This document shows, piece after piece, positions 18,596-25,736 of a DNA stretch of 43,374 bases. The DNA lies in IMG/VR virus record IMGVR_UViG_3300037470_000442, positions 1-43,374 of that record; one strand, 5' to 3'. The notes below the pieces were generated by a model. It was not told the origin of the DNA. It did not search any database and saw only the letters and a program-made list of their open reading frames with translations. The translations under genes were made by a program, and so were the position numbers. Each line of letters opens with the position of its first letter. Position 1 is the stretch's first letter. The stretch is from a virus (Duplodnaviria; Caudoviricetes).

Positions 18596-19149
18596 TGGCG
18601 TGGACAGCTAGAGACATTGAGCTCGCCTGGGCTGCGGGGTTCTTCGACGGTGAAGGTTCGATCGGTGCCGTTCGCGACAACAAGAACGGCCGGCGGATTT
18701 CCATTCAGATGAGTGTCGCCCAGTCGGGTTCCGACGATGCGCCGCCCGCATCGCTCGAACGCTTCCATCGTGCTGTAGAAGTGGGGAAGATTTACAAGCG
18801 AGCCCCTGAAGACGGGCGCCTGGGAAGCAAGCCAATGTGGTATTGGCGCGCGTCGAACGTAGATGACACAAAGACGGCCATACGGCTGCTCCGGCCCTTC
18901 GTCATTGAAAAGCTGGATCAGATTGCTGAGGCTGCCGCGCTCCGATCTGAATGGGAAGGCTTGTACGCCGACCGCCAGTTGTTCTGCAAGCGCGGGCACG
19001 AGTTCACACCAGATAACACTTACACCTATGAAAACCGGAATTCTCGGCCGCGTCTTTGTCGAACGTGCAATGCCGAGAACACCCGGCGCTCCAGGCTTCG
19101 CCGCAGAAACCTGAGCCTCCTGACAGCGGCAGAAGGGCAGGGTGGTTGA
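18595..19149 (+). CDS. Single-motif LAGLIDADG endonuclease with C-terminal Zn-finger
   Basis: WAAGFFDGEGSI; CKRGHEFTPDNT..CRTC. Confidence 0.88.
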   Translation: MAWTARDIELAWAAGFFDGEGSIGAVRDNKNGRRISIQMSVAQSGSDDAPPASLERFHRAVEVGKIYKRAPEDGRLGSKPMWYWRASNVDDTKTAIRLLRPFVIEKLDQIAEAAALRSEWEGLYADRQLFCKRGHEFTPDNTYTYENRNSRPRLCRTCNAENTRRSRLRRRNLSLLTAAEGQGG

Positions 19150-19150
19150 T

Positions 19151-19800
19151 ATGGCGTGGACTGCGCCTCGATAGGTACCTGGGTAACAGCGGAGGTTGTC
19201 ACCGCAGCTCTGCTCAACGCTCACGTCCGGGACAACTTGTTGGAGACGTCGGCGGCTACTGCTACGACCGCGGGGGATCTGGTGTATGCGGACGCAGCGA
19301 ATTCGATGGGTTCCCGGTTGGGGATCGAATCGGGTGCGGGGTCGATCCTGGCTTCTACCGGATCGGCTCCCGTATGGCGCACAGTTGTTCAATCGGTCGG
19401 CGATGCTCTCTACACGGGAGTAGGCAACGGCACGACTCCTACTGTGTTCGCTGATCTGAGCGTGTCCGGTTGGGGGGCGGGCACCACTGTCGCTGCTTTG
19501 AATGTTGTCAGCGGGACGCGAGTCTTACTCCACTACGGGTCCAGGAATGTTCGTGGTGTGGGCGCCGGGATCACAGTGTCGCTTTCTTACAAGGTGACTG
19601 GTGACACGACTACCACAGCCGCGGTCAACTGGGGGACTGCTGACGAGTCGTCCAACGCCAACGACTTCCAGAGTGTCGGCCGTTCCCATGTCGCTACCGT
19701 GACGGCCGGAACAAATCATTTCACTCTCCAAGCGGCCAGCTCATCGACGAACGACGGGTCAACGCTTTCCTATCCGTACATCATCGCCATTCCGCTCTAA
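19151..19800 (+). CDS. Tail fibre/minor tail protein with frame break after codon 7
   Basis: ATG19151 reads MAWTAPR then TAG; the long frame (19156) continues TWVTAEVVTAALLNAHVRDNL. Confidence 0.65.
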
Positions 19801-19983
19801 CTGAAAAGACCCCCCACCCGAAAAAGGTGAGGGGTCTGGTAATCCGGATGGGGGTGGATTGGTCCGGTCAATGTTGTCTTGCGAATCGCGTTCGACAGGA
19901 GCGCCAGTTACCACCTCCTTCGGCACGTTCGGAGGGTCTTCGGCGCCTCCTAGTAGTGCGAGCAGTAAGAGCAGGATGATCAC
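19759..19983 (-). CDS. Possible small exported protein
   Basis: GTG overlaps RHH stop; hydrophobic N-terminus; but runs through the terminator into the tail gene. Confidence 0.3.
   Translation of the reverse strand: MIILLLLLALLGGAEDPPNVPKEVVTGAPVERDSQDNIDRTNPPPSGLPDPSPFSGGGSFQLERNGDDVRIGKR
19804..19837 (-). terminator. Intrinsic terminator, possibly bidirectional
   Basis: AGACCCC..GGGGTCT hairpin with an A run on the left (U tract on minus strand). Confidence 0.55.
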
Positions 19984-20114
19984 TGTTGCTCCTTGTCCTT
20001 CGCTTCTTGAATCAGTCGAACCAGATAGTCCTGCAACGACATTCCGGCTTCCGCGGCTCGTACTTTGAGCCACCGGTGCAGGTCGTTGGGGAGTGTCTGC
20101 CTGATCTGTCCCAT
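19980..20114 (-). CDS. Ribbon-helix-helix (Arc/FitA-like) regulator
   Basis: LPNDLHRWLKVRAAEAGMSLQDYL. Confidence 0.8.
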   Translation of the reverse strand: MGQIRQTLPNDLHRWLKVRAAEAGMSLQDYLVRLIQEAKDKEQQ

Positions 20115-20120
20115 ACGCAC

Positions 20121-20149
20121 ATTCTTGCGCAACGTGCGCGTCCTGTCAA
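20121..20149 (-). promoter_or_regulatory. SigA-like promoter, leaderless
   Basis: TTGACA-17-AAGAAT, 6 nt to ATG20114. Confidence 0.65.
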
Positions 20150-20251
20150 TAGGTAAGGTGAGGTCGCGGGGAAGCTTGGATTGACGCTTCTGCGTTGACC
20201 CTCCTTTAGGGCTTCCCCGCATCGAACCTCACACGCATCGGAGGTTCACCC

Positions 20252-20929
20252 ATGTTCCGTTATTCAGACCAGGGCTGGCGTGTCGCGCATGCGATCCGAA
20301 CGTTCGGCGATCAGATCATGGAACTCCGCGGCCATACCAACTCGTATCCGGTTGACGGCACCCTCGGAGATCTAGCCCATTCGAACCGGGTGTCAGACCA
20401 CAATCCTGATGAGAACGGGATTGTCAGGGCGCTCGACTTCTACGAACACAAACCCGGCTTCGTAGACGAAGTGTTCGAAACCATGCGCCTCGCCCGCGAT
20501 TCTCGGTTGAAGTATGCGATCCACGATAAGCGCATGTTCGCCTCCTATTCGACGGTTGCTCGCGCGGCGTGGGAGTGGGGTCCGTACTCGGGTGCGAACG
20601 GTCATGTCACTCACGGCCACCTTTCCGTCCTACCCACTGGCGACAACGACAGCAGACCGTTCACGGTCACGAACAAGGAGAATCTGATGAGCGTATCAAC
20701 CTGGGCGCAAGCCTCATGGGATTGGGTGAAAGGCGAGGGGATCTACTCCGATTCGACCGTTCCGAAGGCTGAGCCCACTAACGAACAGCTCGCCGTGTTC
20801 CTCAAACGGTACGACAACAGTGTCCAAAAACGGTTCGCCGCGGTGAAGAAGCAGATTGCTGCGGTGGCTGCGGTGGGTGGTGCTGCCACTGCGACGGTGA
20901 TAGCCGAGATTGTCAACCGGTTGAGCTGA
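20252..20929 (+). CDS. Endolysin (Zn peptidase, M15/LAS-like)
   Basis: SDHNP..ALDF and HVTHGHLSV Zn-ligand pattern; GGAGG RBS; follows tail genes. Confidence 0.75.
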   Translation: MFRYSDQGWRVAHAIRTFGDQIMELRGHTNSYPVDGTLGDLAHSNRVSDHNPDENGIVRALDFYEHKPGFVDEVFETMRLARDSRLKYAIHDKRMFASYSTVARAAWEWGPYSGANGHVTHGHLSVLPTGDNDSRPFTVTNKENLMSVSTWAQASWDWVKGEGIYSDSTVPKAEPTNEQLAVFLKRYDNSVQKRFAAVKKQIAAVAAVGGAATATVIAEIVNRLS

Positions 20930-21099
20930 TGACCACTCCAAGCTGTTCTGTCTGCTCGTGCTCGGACTATGAGACTCAGCGTCGCCGTCACAACTATGAG
21001 ACGTGCCGGAACATGATTCCCCATCCGATGATCCCACTCCGGGACACTGACAAATGGTTCTGCCCGGACCATGACCCTTACCTGTTGGTGTCCCGATGA
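20929..21099 (+). CDS. Small Cys-rich protein (56 aa, not in ORF track)
   Basis: CSVC..C..FCPDH; coupled to both neighbours. Confidence 0.5.
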   Translation: MTTPSCSVCSCSDYETQRRRHNYETCRNMIPHPMIPLRDTDKWFCPDHDPYLLVSR

Positions 21100-21266
21100 C
21101 TGACAATCTCCGGGAGATCGTAGACCTCCACCATAAGGATGTTACCGACCGGTTGAAACGGATCGAAACGAAACTCGACGCCGGCCACTCCCATCCTGAC
21201 AAGGCGTCGTGGGTAGCCCTCGTTCCCATCCTGGTCACGATTCTTGTTGCTATCGGCATCTCATAA
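21096..21266 (+). CDS. XhlA-like membrane lysis accessory (56 aa, not in ORF track)
   Basis: Coiled coil RLKRIETKLD plus C-terminal TM helix. Confidence 0.55.
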   Translation: MTDNLREIVDLHHKDVTDRLKRIETKLDAGHSHPDKASWVALVPILVTILVAIGIS

Positions 21267-21296
21267 ACCATCGAACCCTTAAGCGGGAGGAGACGT

Positions 21297-21530
21297 ATGG
21301 AACTCGACACACTGTTCGTCCGGCATCCGGGCGGAGCTAACTCATGGTATGACCTGGCATCTCCGGAAGTGCAAGCGTTCATGGACGCTGTCGCCGACCG
21401 TGCCGTGGAAATAGGGAGAGATCCGGTCTGGTCGGCCGTGTTCAAACGGTTGGAAGCGGATGATGCGGCGCCGGGTTCGGTGGAGACGGTACGGGCGACT
21501 CTCCGCAAGCTGATCAAGGCGCGCTCCTAG
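21297..21530 (+). CDS. Hypothetical protein
   Basis: GGAGGAG RBS. Confidence 0.65.
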   Translation: MELDTLFVRHPGGANSWYDLASPEVQAFMDAVADRAVEIGRDPVWSAVFKRLEADDAAPGSVETVRATLRKLIKARS

Positions 21531-22309
21531 TGGATGACCTGTTCCCCCGACCCCTCCGTCTCCTCTTCTTTGACATTGAGACGGCTCCTCTCCTCGGCTA
21601 CTTCTGGCAGTTGAAACAGGACTACATCAATCCGGAGATGGTCGAACAGGAATGGTGGATGATCTGCTGGGCGGCGAAATGGTCCGACAGCACATCTGTT
21701 ATTTCGCGGGTGGTCAGTTCGAAGGAGGCGAAAGGCCAGGACGACAAGCGGATTGTCGAACAGCTCGCCGACCTGATCCGGAAGGCGGACATTGTCGTCG
21801 CGCATAATGGGAACGCGTTCGACATGAAAATGTTGAACACTCGTCTCGTCTTCCACGGTCTCGAACCGTTAGGTCAAACTCAGACGATCGACACGCTCAC
21901 CGTCGCGAGGGGGACGTTCCGGTTCACGTCGAACAAGCTCGACTATCTCGCAAGATTCCTCGGGTTCGCTGGGAAACATTCCACGTCGTTCGGATTGTGG
22001 CGTGACTGCTACCACGGGTCCAAGCCTGCACTTGAGCAGATGGTCGCTTATAACCGGAATGACGTTGTGATTCTCGAGCAGGTGTTCCACGCGTTGAAAC
22101 CTCATGCGAAGAACCTTCCTCGCCTGGTCGACGCCGCCGAGTATTTGCAGGATGTGTGTCCGTCGTGCGGCTCCCCCGAACGAGTGAAGGACGGGTATTA
22201 CAGGACGAAGGCGAACACGTTCCCCCGTTTCAGGTGTGGCGGTTGCGGTCGTCGGTATCGGAGTCGTATGAGTATCGGCACTACGAAGACTGCGGGCGTC
22301 GCCCTCTGA
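21530..22309 (+). CDS. DEDD 3'-5' exonuclease (RNase H-like) with Zn ribbon
   Basis: FDIET, AHNGNAFD, YNRNDV; CPSC..CGGC. Confidence 0.85.
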   Translation: MDDLFPRPLRLLFFDIETAPLLGYFWQLKQDYINPEMVEQEWWMICWAAKWSDSTSVISRVVSSKEAKGQDDKRIVEQLADLIRKADIVVAHNGNAFDMKMLNTRLVFHGLEPLGQTQTIDTLTVARGTFRFTSNKLDYLARFLGFAGKHSTSFGLWRDCYHGSKPALEQMVAYNRNDVVILEQVFHALKPHAKNLPRLVDAAEYLQDVCPSCGSPERVKDGYYRTKANTFPRFRCGGCGRRYRSRMSIGTTKTAGVAL

Positions 22310-22384
22310 TTCTTGACACAAGTGTAAAGGTTCATGTCTCCGAGTGTTAAGAAACGATTTGAGTCTTGCCCGACGGGGCGAGGG

Positions 22385-22475
22385 GAGCAGGGCACCGCGC
22401 TAGTTCAAGGCCATGGCAGAGCGCCAGCCGATAAAGGTTGGAGATCCCGGTCAGGCCGGGGCGCGGTCCCTGCTC
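22385..22475 (+). ncRNA. Atypical tRNA-like cloverleaf with extended acceptor stem
   Basis: ACCGCGC/GCGCGGT acceptor, TA, GTTC/GAGC D stem, CCAGCC/GGTTGG stem with GATAAA loop, CCCGG-TCAGG-CCGGG. Confidence 0.55.
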
Positions 22476-22487
22476 TCATTTCATCGC

Positions 22488-22526
22488 CAGGTGGGCTAGG
22501 CATTCAGCCCGCCCACCTGTTTTCTT
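22488..22526 (+). terminator. Intrinsic terminator
   Basis: CAGGTGGGC/GCCCACCTG stem followed by TTTTCTT. Confidence 0.7.
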
Positions 22527-22766
22527 CCCCGGCTTCTGTTGGGGATTGTGACCTCTGACGCTAGACGGCCTGCCGGTTGATCGCGGTGGGCATGGGGTAC
22601 GCAGCTAATGCCTTCGTCGGGCTGGGCTGCGTACTGGGGACTGAGGGAAGCGTCAGCCTTCGAGTCCCATTCTTCCCGACCCGGACGGTTTCCCGCTCCT
22701 GTCCGGCTTCGGGATCTCGGATGGCGGGTGGTCTTCCTTCGTGGCCGCCCGCCATCCCCTCCATAA

Positions 22767-22875
22767 GCGGACAAATCTGTCCACTTATCCAAGCTTGGCG
22801 GACAAATCTGTCCACTTATCCAAGCTTGGCGGACAAATCTGTCCACTTATCCAAGCTTGGCGGACAAATCTGTCC
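22767..22875. repeat. Perfect 31-bp tandem repeat, 3.5 copies
   Basis: GCGGACAAATCTGTCCACTTATCCAAGCTTG at 22767, 22798, 22829, partial at 22860. Confidence 0.95.
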
Positions 22876-22935
22876 CACCGTTGTCCAGATTGCGTTACGC
22901 GAAGTTGACACTTGTGTGTATTGCGCGCTAGTTGC

Positions 22936-23148
22936 ATGAAGGGAGCATTTCTCGTGAAGTTGTGCGAACGGGACATCACCGCCGAGCCGGTGGTGATTGC
23001 TGTCATTTCGACGTGGGAGGCGGTGTCTCTCCTGTCGGGACGGCTTCCCACCGTGACTTCAAGGGTCTTGCTGTTGCCGCGTCCTGTACGGGGTCTCCTG
23101 GTCGCTGGTGTCACTCTCTGGATGCTCCGACACTTCGAGGTTCGCTGA
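22936..23148 (+). CDS. Hypothetical membrane protein
   Basis: Hydrophobic ORF coupled to next ORF; start uncertain. Confidence 0.45.
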   Translation: MKGAFLVKLCERDITAEPVVIAVISTWEAVSLLSGRLPTVTSRVLLLPRPVRGLLVAGVTLWMLRHFEVR

Positions 23149-23282
23149 TGGCACTCATACCCCGTCGAAAGGTTTTTCTGTTTCAAACCGGATGCGGTCT
23201 TCATCCCGGGTCGAGCGAGTGTGGCCCGTTTCGCTCTACGAGTGGCTGGGAGTGGCTGTGGTGGGAGTGGGGGTTTCGCTGA
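23148..23282 (+). CDS. Hypothetical Trp-rich peptide
   Basis: GAGG RBS, TGATG coupling. Confidence 0.4.
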   Translation: MALIPRRKVFLFQTGCGLHPGSSECGPFRSTSGWEWLWWEWGFR

Positions 23283-23336
23283 TACTTCGGAGTGCGGTAG
23301 AAAGGTATTGAGGGGTGTGTGAATGAGGTATGGGCG

Positions 23337-23546
23337 ATGAACGTCGACCTTTATCAAACTCCTGGCGGGGACTACCACTATCAGATCTATGAACCGGGGC
23401 AGAAGAACGCCCGCAAGGTTCCGACGGCCTGTGGTCTAGACCTCACCACGTTGCAGTCGGGCGCATGGTTCAACGTCGGCGACAGGCGCGGGCGGGTCCA
23501 TTACGACCGTGCGTGTGCTGTCTGTCGTGCGGCACTCGTGGTATGA
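23337..23546 (+). CDS. Hypothetical Zn-binding protein
   Basis: H..TACG..CAVC; GAGG RBS. Confidence 0.6.
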   Translation: MNVDLYQTPGGDYHYQIYEPGQKNARKVPTACGLDLTTLQSGAWFNVGDRRGRVHYDRACAVCRAALVV

Positions 23547-23752
23547 GACGGGACTCTCATCTGCACGGTGCTCCGATGTGTCGTATGCGGCTTCCTTCAA
23601 CTTTCTTGAAGGTTCGCGAGCAGACCACGTTCCTGTCGCGAGACCAGATCGTCGAAACCGTGTGGCTCGTGTTCGCAGATCAGATCAGTCGACTCCAAAC
23701 GGAGCCGGTAGAAGCCGTCGTTGACGGCATGTCAATCAAGGAGGATGAATGA
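23543..23752 (+). CDS. Hypothetical protein
   Basis: ATGA overlaps on both sides. Confidence 0.45.
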   Translation: MRRDSHLHGAPMCRMRLPSTFLKVREQTTFLSRDQIVETVWLVFADQISRLQTEPVEAVVDGMSIKEDE

Positions 23753-23985
23753 GAGATGCGATCATTGCCGGAGTGCGGACAGCCGTCCAAGCCGGAGTAG
23801 GCGCGGTCATTGCCTGGGCTGCGAACCTGGGCTTGGACATTGACGGGGTGGCTTTGGAGGCTTTCGCCTTTTCGGCGATTGTCGGCGTTGTCACGATCGT
23901 CTTGAACAAACTGCAGGACCGGTTTGCCTGGCTCGGGCCCATCTTGTCGTTGGGTTTCAAGTCGGCCACTCCGACCTACCTGTAA
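23749..23985 (+). CDS. Holin-like membrane protein
   Basis: VRTAVQ..VG, two TM helices, C-terminal PTY; AGGAGG RBS. Confidence 0.65.
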   Translation: MRDAIIAGVRTAVQAGVGAVIAWAANLGLDIDGVALEAFAFSAIVGVVTIVLNKLQDRFAWLGPILSLGFKSATPTYL

Positions 23986-23991
23986 CAAGCA

Positions 23992-24062
23992 TGCAGGGAG
24001 GTCTGGTGACCCGCTTGGCCTCATAAGCCGAGTCTCTCCGGGTTCGATTCCCGGCCCTGCAA
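23992..24062 (+). tRNA. tRNA with CAT anticodon (Met or Ile2), truncated D arm
   Basis: TGCAGGG/CCCTGCA acceptor, TTGGC-CTCATAA-GCCGA, CCGGG-TTCGATT-CCCGG; no U8, 4-nt D loop, no encoded CCA. Confidence 0.7.
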
Positions 24063-24070
24063 CTCAGGGT

Positions 24071-24145
24071 CCCGGCGTAGCTCAGCCTGGTAGAGCCCCG
24101 CAATTGTATGCGGGAGGTCGCGGGTTCAAATCCCTGCCGCCGGGA
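24071..24145 (+). tRNA. Atypical tRNA, anticodon undetermined (TGT or TTG)
   Basis: Canonical D arm TAGCTCAGCCTGGTAGAGC and T loop TTCAAAT; anticodon loop 6 or 8 nt; bulged T stem. Confidence 0.65.
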
Positions 24146-24156
24146 CCCTGGATTGA

Positions 24157-24188
24157 AACGCCTCTCTGCTTCACGGTGGAGAGGCGTT
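24157..24188. terminator. Hairpin between convergent units
   Basis: AACGCCTCT/AGAGGCGTT stem. Confidence 0.5.
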
Positions 24189-24328
24189 CACCTATTGGCC
24201 CTCCGGTAGTAGACGACAGCAACAACGAGAGCGGCCAGTCCAGGTATCCACGCCCACGGTCCCCATTCGAAGAATGCGAACGGGATTAGAGCCAGGACGT
24301 ACACGCCGACGGTCTTCAGGATTCTCAT
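24188..24328 (-). CDS. Small two-TM membrane protein (46 aa, not in ORF track)
   Basis: MRILKTVGVYVLALIPFAFFEWGPWAWIPGLAALVVAVVYYRRANR; ATGA overlap with integrase stop. Confidence 0.65.
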   Translation of the reverse strand: MRILKTVGVYVLALIPFAFFEWGPWAWIPGLAALVVAVVYYRRANR

Positions 24329-25137
24329 GCTGCCTTCCGGTAGTCGAGCGACCCTACCGCGGCGACGAGCCGACGTGTCGTCGCGCGGGTGTACCGGCTT
24401 GTGATCGCCGGGTCTGCATGACCGGCGAAGTATTGGGTGATCCGCAGGTCTCCGGTTTCGTCGTTCATCGTCGCCAGACAGGTGTGGCGTAGCTGGTGGG
24501 GGCTGATGTTCCCCACTCCCGCATCGACTGCGACTCGGCCTACCCAGGTTCGAACGGTTGCCGTATGCACTGATGGCCGGCCGGCCTTCCCCGGGAATAT
24601 GAACCCCGACCCTTCGTTCGCTTCGAGTTCACCGCGGAGAGTGTCGTGGACGGGGAGGTAGCGAGTTCGTGAGCCTTTGCCGAGGATCGTCACCCATTCC
24701 ATCTCTTTGTCGAAGCATTCCCAGGTGAGCGACGCCATCTCCTCTCGTCGTAGTGCGAGGTAGAGGCCGAGAAGGACGACAGTGCCGTGTGGCCACCAGC
24801 CTTGCGCTGTCTGTTCTAACTGGTGGGCCTGGTCGGGTTCGAGACCCCGATACTTGTAGGGTGGCGGTTTGGGTGGCCGTATCGCTTTGGCTGGATTGTC
24901 GACTCCGCACATCGCCCAATAGTGGATGAGCGCATGTTTCAACAGGGTGAGCGTTGAAGAGGTGTGGGGGAAGTGGCCTGCGAGCAGAGAGAGCTGTGAG
25001 GCGGTCATGTGCCTCAAATCCCAACCCTGCTCGCTGGCGATCCTTTCCGCCTGTTTCAGCTTTCCCCGGTAGACGCCGATGGTTGACGGATCTAATCCTT
25101 GAGCGAGCAGCCACTCTTCATAGCGAGTGGTGGTCAC
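24325..25137 (-). CDS. int: Tyrosine integrase/recombinase lacking an arm-binding domain
   Basis: Catalytic R (LRREE), K (KG), HQLRH, AGH, Y; only 270 aa. Confidence 0.92.
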   Translation of the reverse strand: MTTTRYEEWLLAQGLDPSTIGVYRGKLKQAERIASEQGWDLRHMTASQLSLLAGHFPHTSSTLTLLKHALIHYWAMCGVDNPAKAIRPPKPPPYKYRGLEPDQAHQLEQTAQGWWPHGTVVLLGLYLALRREEMASLTWECFDKEMEWVTILGKGSRTRYLPVHDTLRGELEANEGSGFIFPGKAGRPSVHTATVRTWVGRVAVDAGVGNISPHQLRHTCLATMNDETGDLRITQYFAGHADPAITSRYTRATTRRLVAAVGSLDYRKAA

Positions 25138-25149
25138 TGTTGGTAAAGG

Positions 25150-25428
25150 CTAGGCGGCGTAGGCGAGTTGTGGGACTGGTTGGGTCGGTAGACCTATACC
25201 ACTGAAACGGAACTTTTCGCGTGGCTCCTCGTCGATGATCCAGCCGATGATCTCGTCGATGGGGACTTCGAGATAGTCGGAGATGGTCGGCAGATGGCCG
25301 TAGCCGGGTTGCCTCCACCCTTTCAACCATGCCTCGGCGGTCCCGGTTGCTACTCCGAGGTCTCTGGCGAGTCCGCGTAGCGACTGGTCGCCTTGTCTGT
25401 CTCTTAATGCTGCTGCCAACTTGTCCAT
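25150..25428 (-). CDS. Immunity repressor (XRE HTH)
   Basis: SLRGLARDLGVATGTAEAWLKGWRQP HTH; GAAGGAG RBS; divergent from Cro. Confidence 0.85.
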   Translation of the reverse strand: MDKLAAALRDRQGDQSLRGLARDLGVATGTAEAWLKGWRQPGYGHLPTISDYLEVPIDEIIGWIIDEEPREKFRFSGIGLPTQPVPQLAYAA

Positions 25429-25471
25429 GATCCCTGCACTCCTTCGTGCTCGGCTACCCAACTTGTAGGTG

Positions 25472-25500
25472 ACACTACACACTGTCTAGACACTTGGCAA
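25472..25500 (-). promoter_or_regulatory. Repressor promoter
   Basis: TTGCCA-17-TAGTGT. Confidence 0.5.
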
Positions 25501-25532
25501 GTAGGGGTTTACCCCCATGCTGACATTGGTAC

Positions 25533-25561
25533 TTGACAACTTGGAAATGTGACACCATACT
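25533..25561 (+). promoter_or_regulatory. Early lytic promoter, leaderless
   Basis: TTGACA-17-CATACT, 7 nt to GTG25569. Confidence 0.7.
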
Positions 25562-25568
25562 GTCCAAT

Positions 25569-25736
25569 GTGCAAGACACTCACACACTGACACAGGAGCG
25601 GGAGACTGTTCTCAAACTCCACGAGTCGGGAATGACCGTTCGGCAGATAGCCCGCCGACTCGACCTGAGCACCCAGAGGATCTACCAGCAGCTCGAGAAG
25701 TTGCGCCGCGACGGACATCTCAAGGTCGCGTCGTGA
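25569..25736 (+). CDS. Cro-like HTH protein
   Basis: GMTVRQIARRLDLSTQRIYQ HTH. Confidence 0.8.
   Translation: MQDTHTLTQERETVLKLHESGMTVRQIARRLDLSTQRIYQQLEKLRRDGHLKVAS

Noticed and set aside
18518-19151. Group I intron or intein around the LAGLIDADG
   Set aside because: No non-coding room for an intron core; ORF has its own RBS and stop, and no intein terminal residues
22313-22345. SigA promoter for the tRNA-like RNA
   Set aside because: TTGACA is present but there is no acceptable -10 at 16-18 bp
22767-22875. CRISPR or guide-RNA array
   Set aside because: Units are identical and contiguous with no variable spacers; no cas-like gene seen
22577-22939. ORFs across the structured region and 31-bp repeat
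   Set aside because: Repeat length is not a multiple of three, no RBS, low-information translation
23992-24062. Initiator tRNA-fMet
   Set aside because: Has a paired U1-A72 and lacks three consecutive G-C pairs in the anticodon stem
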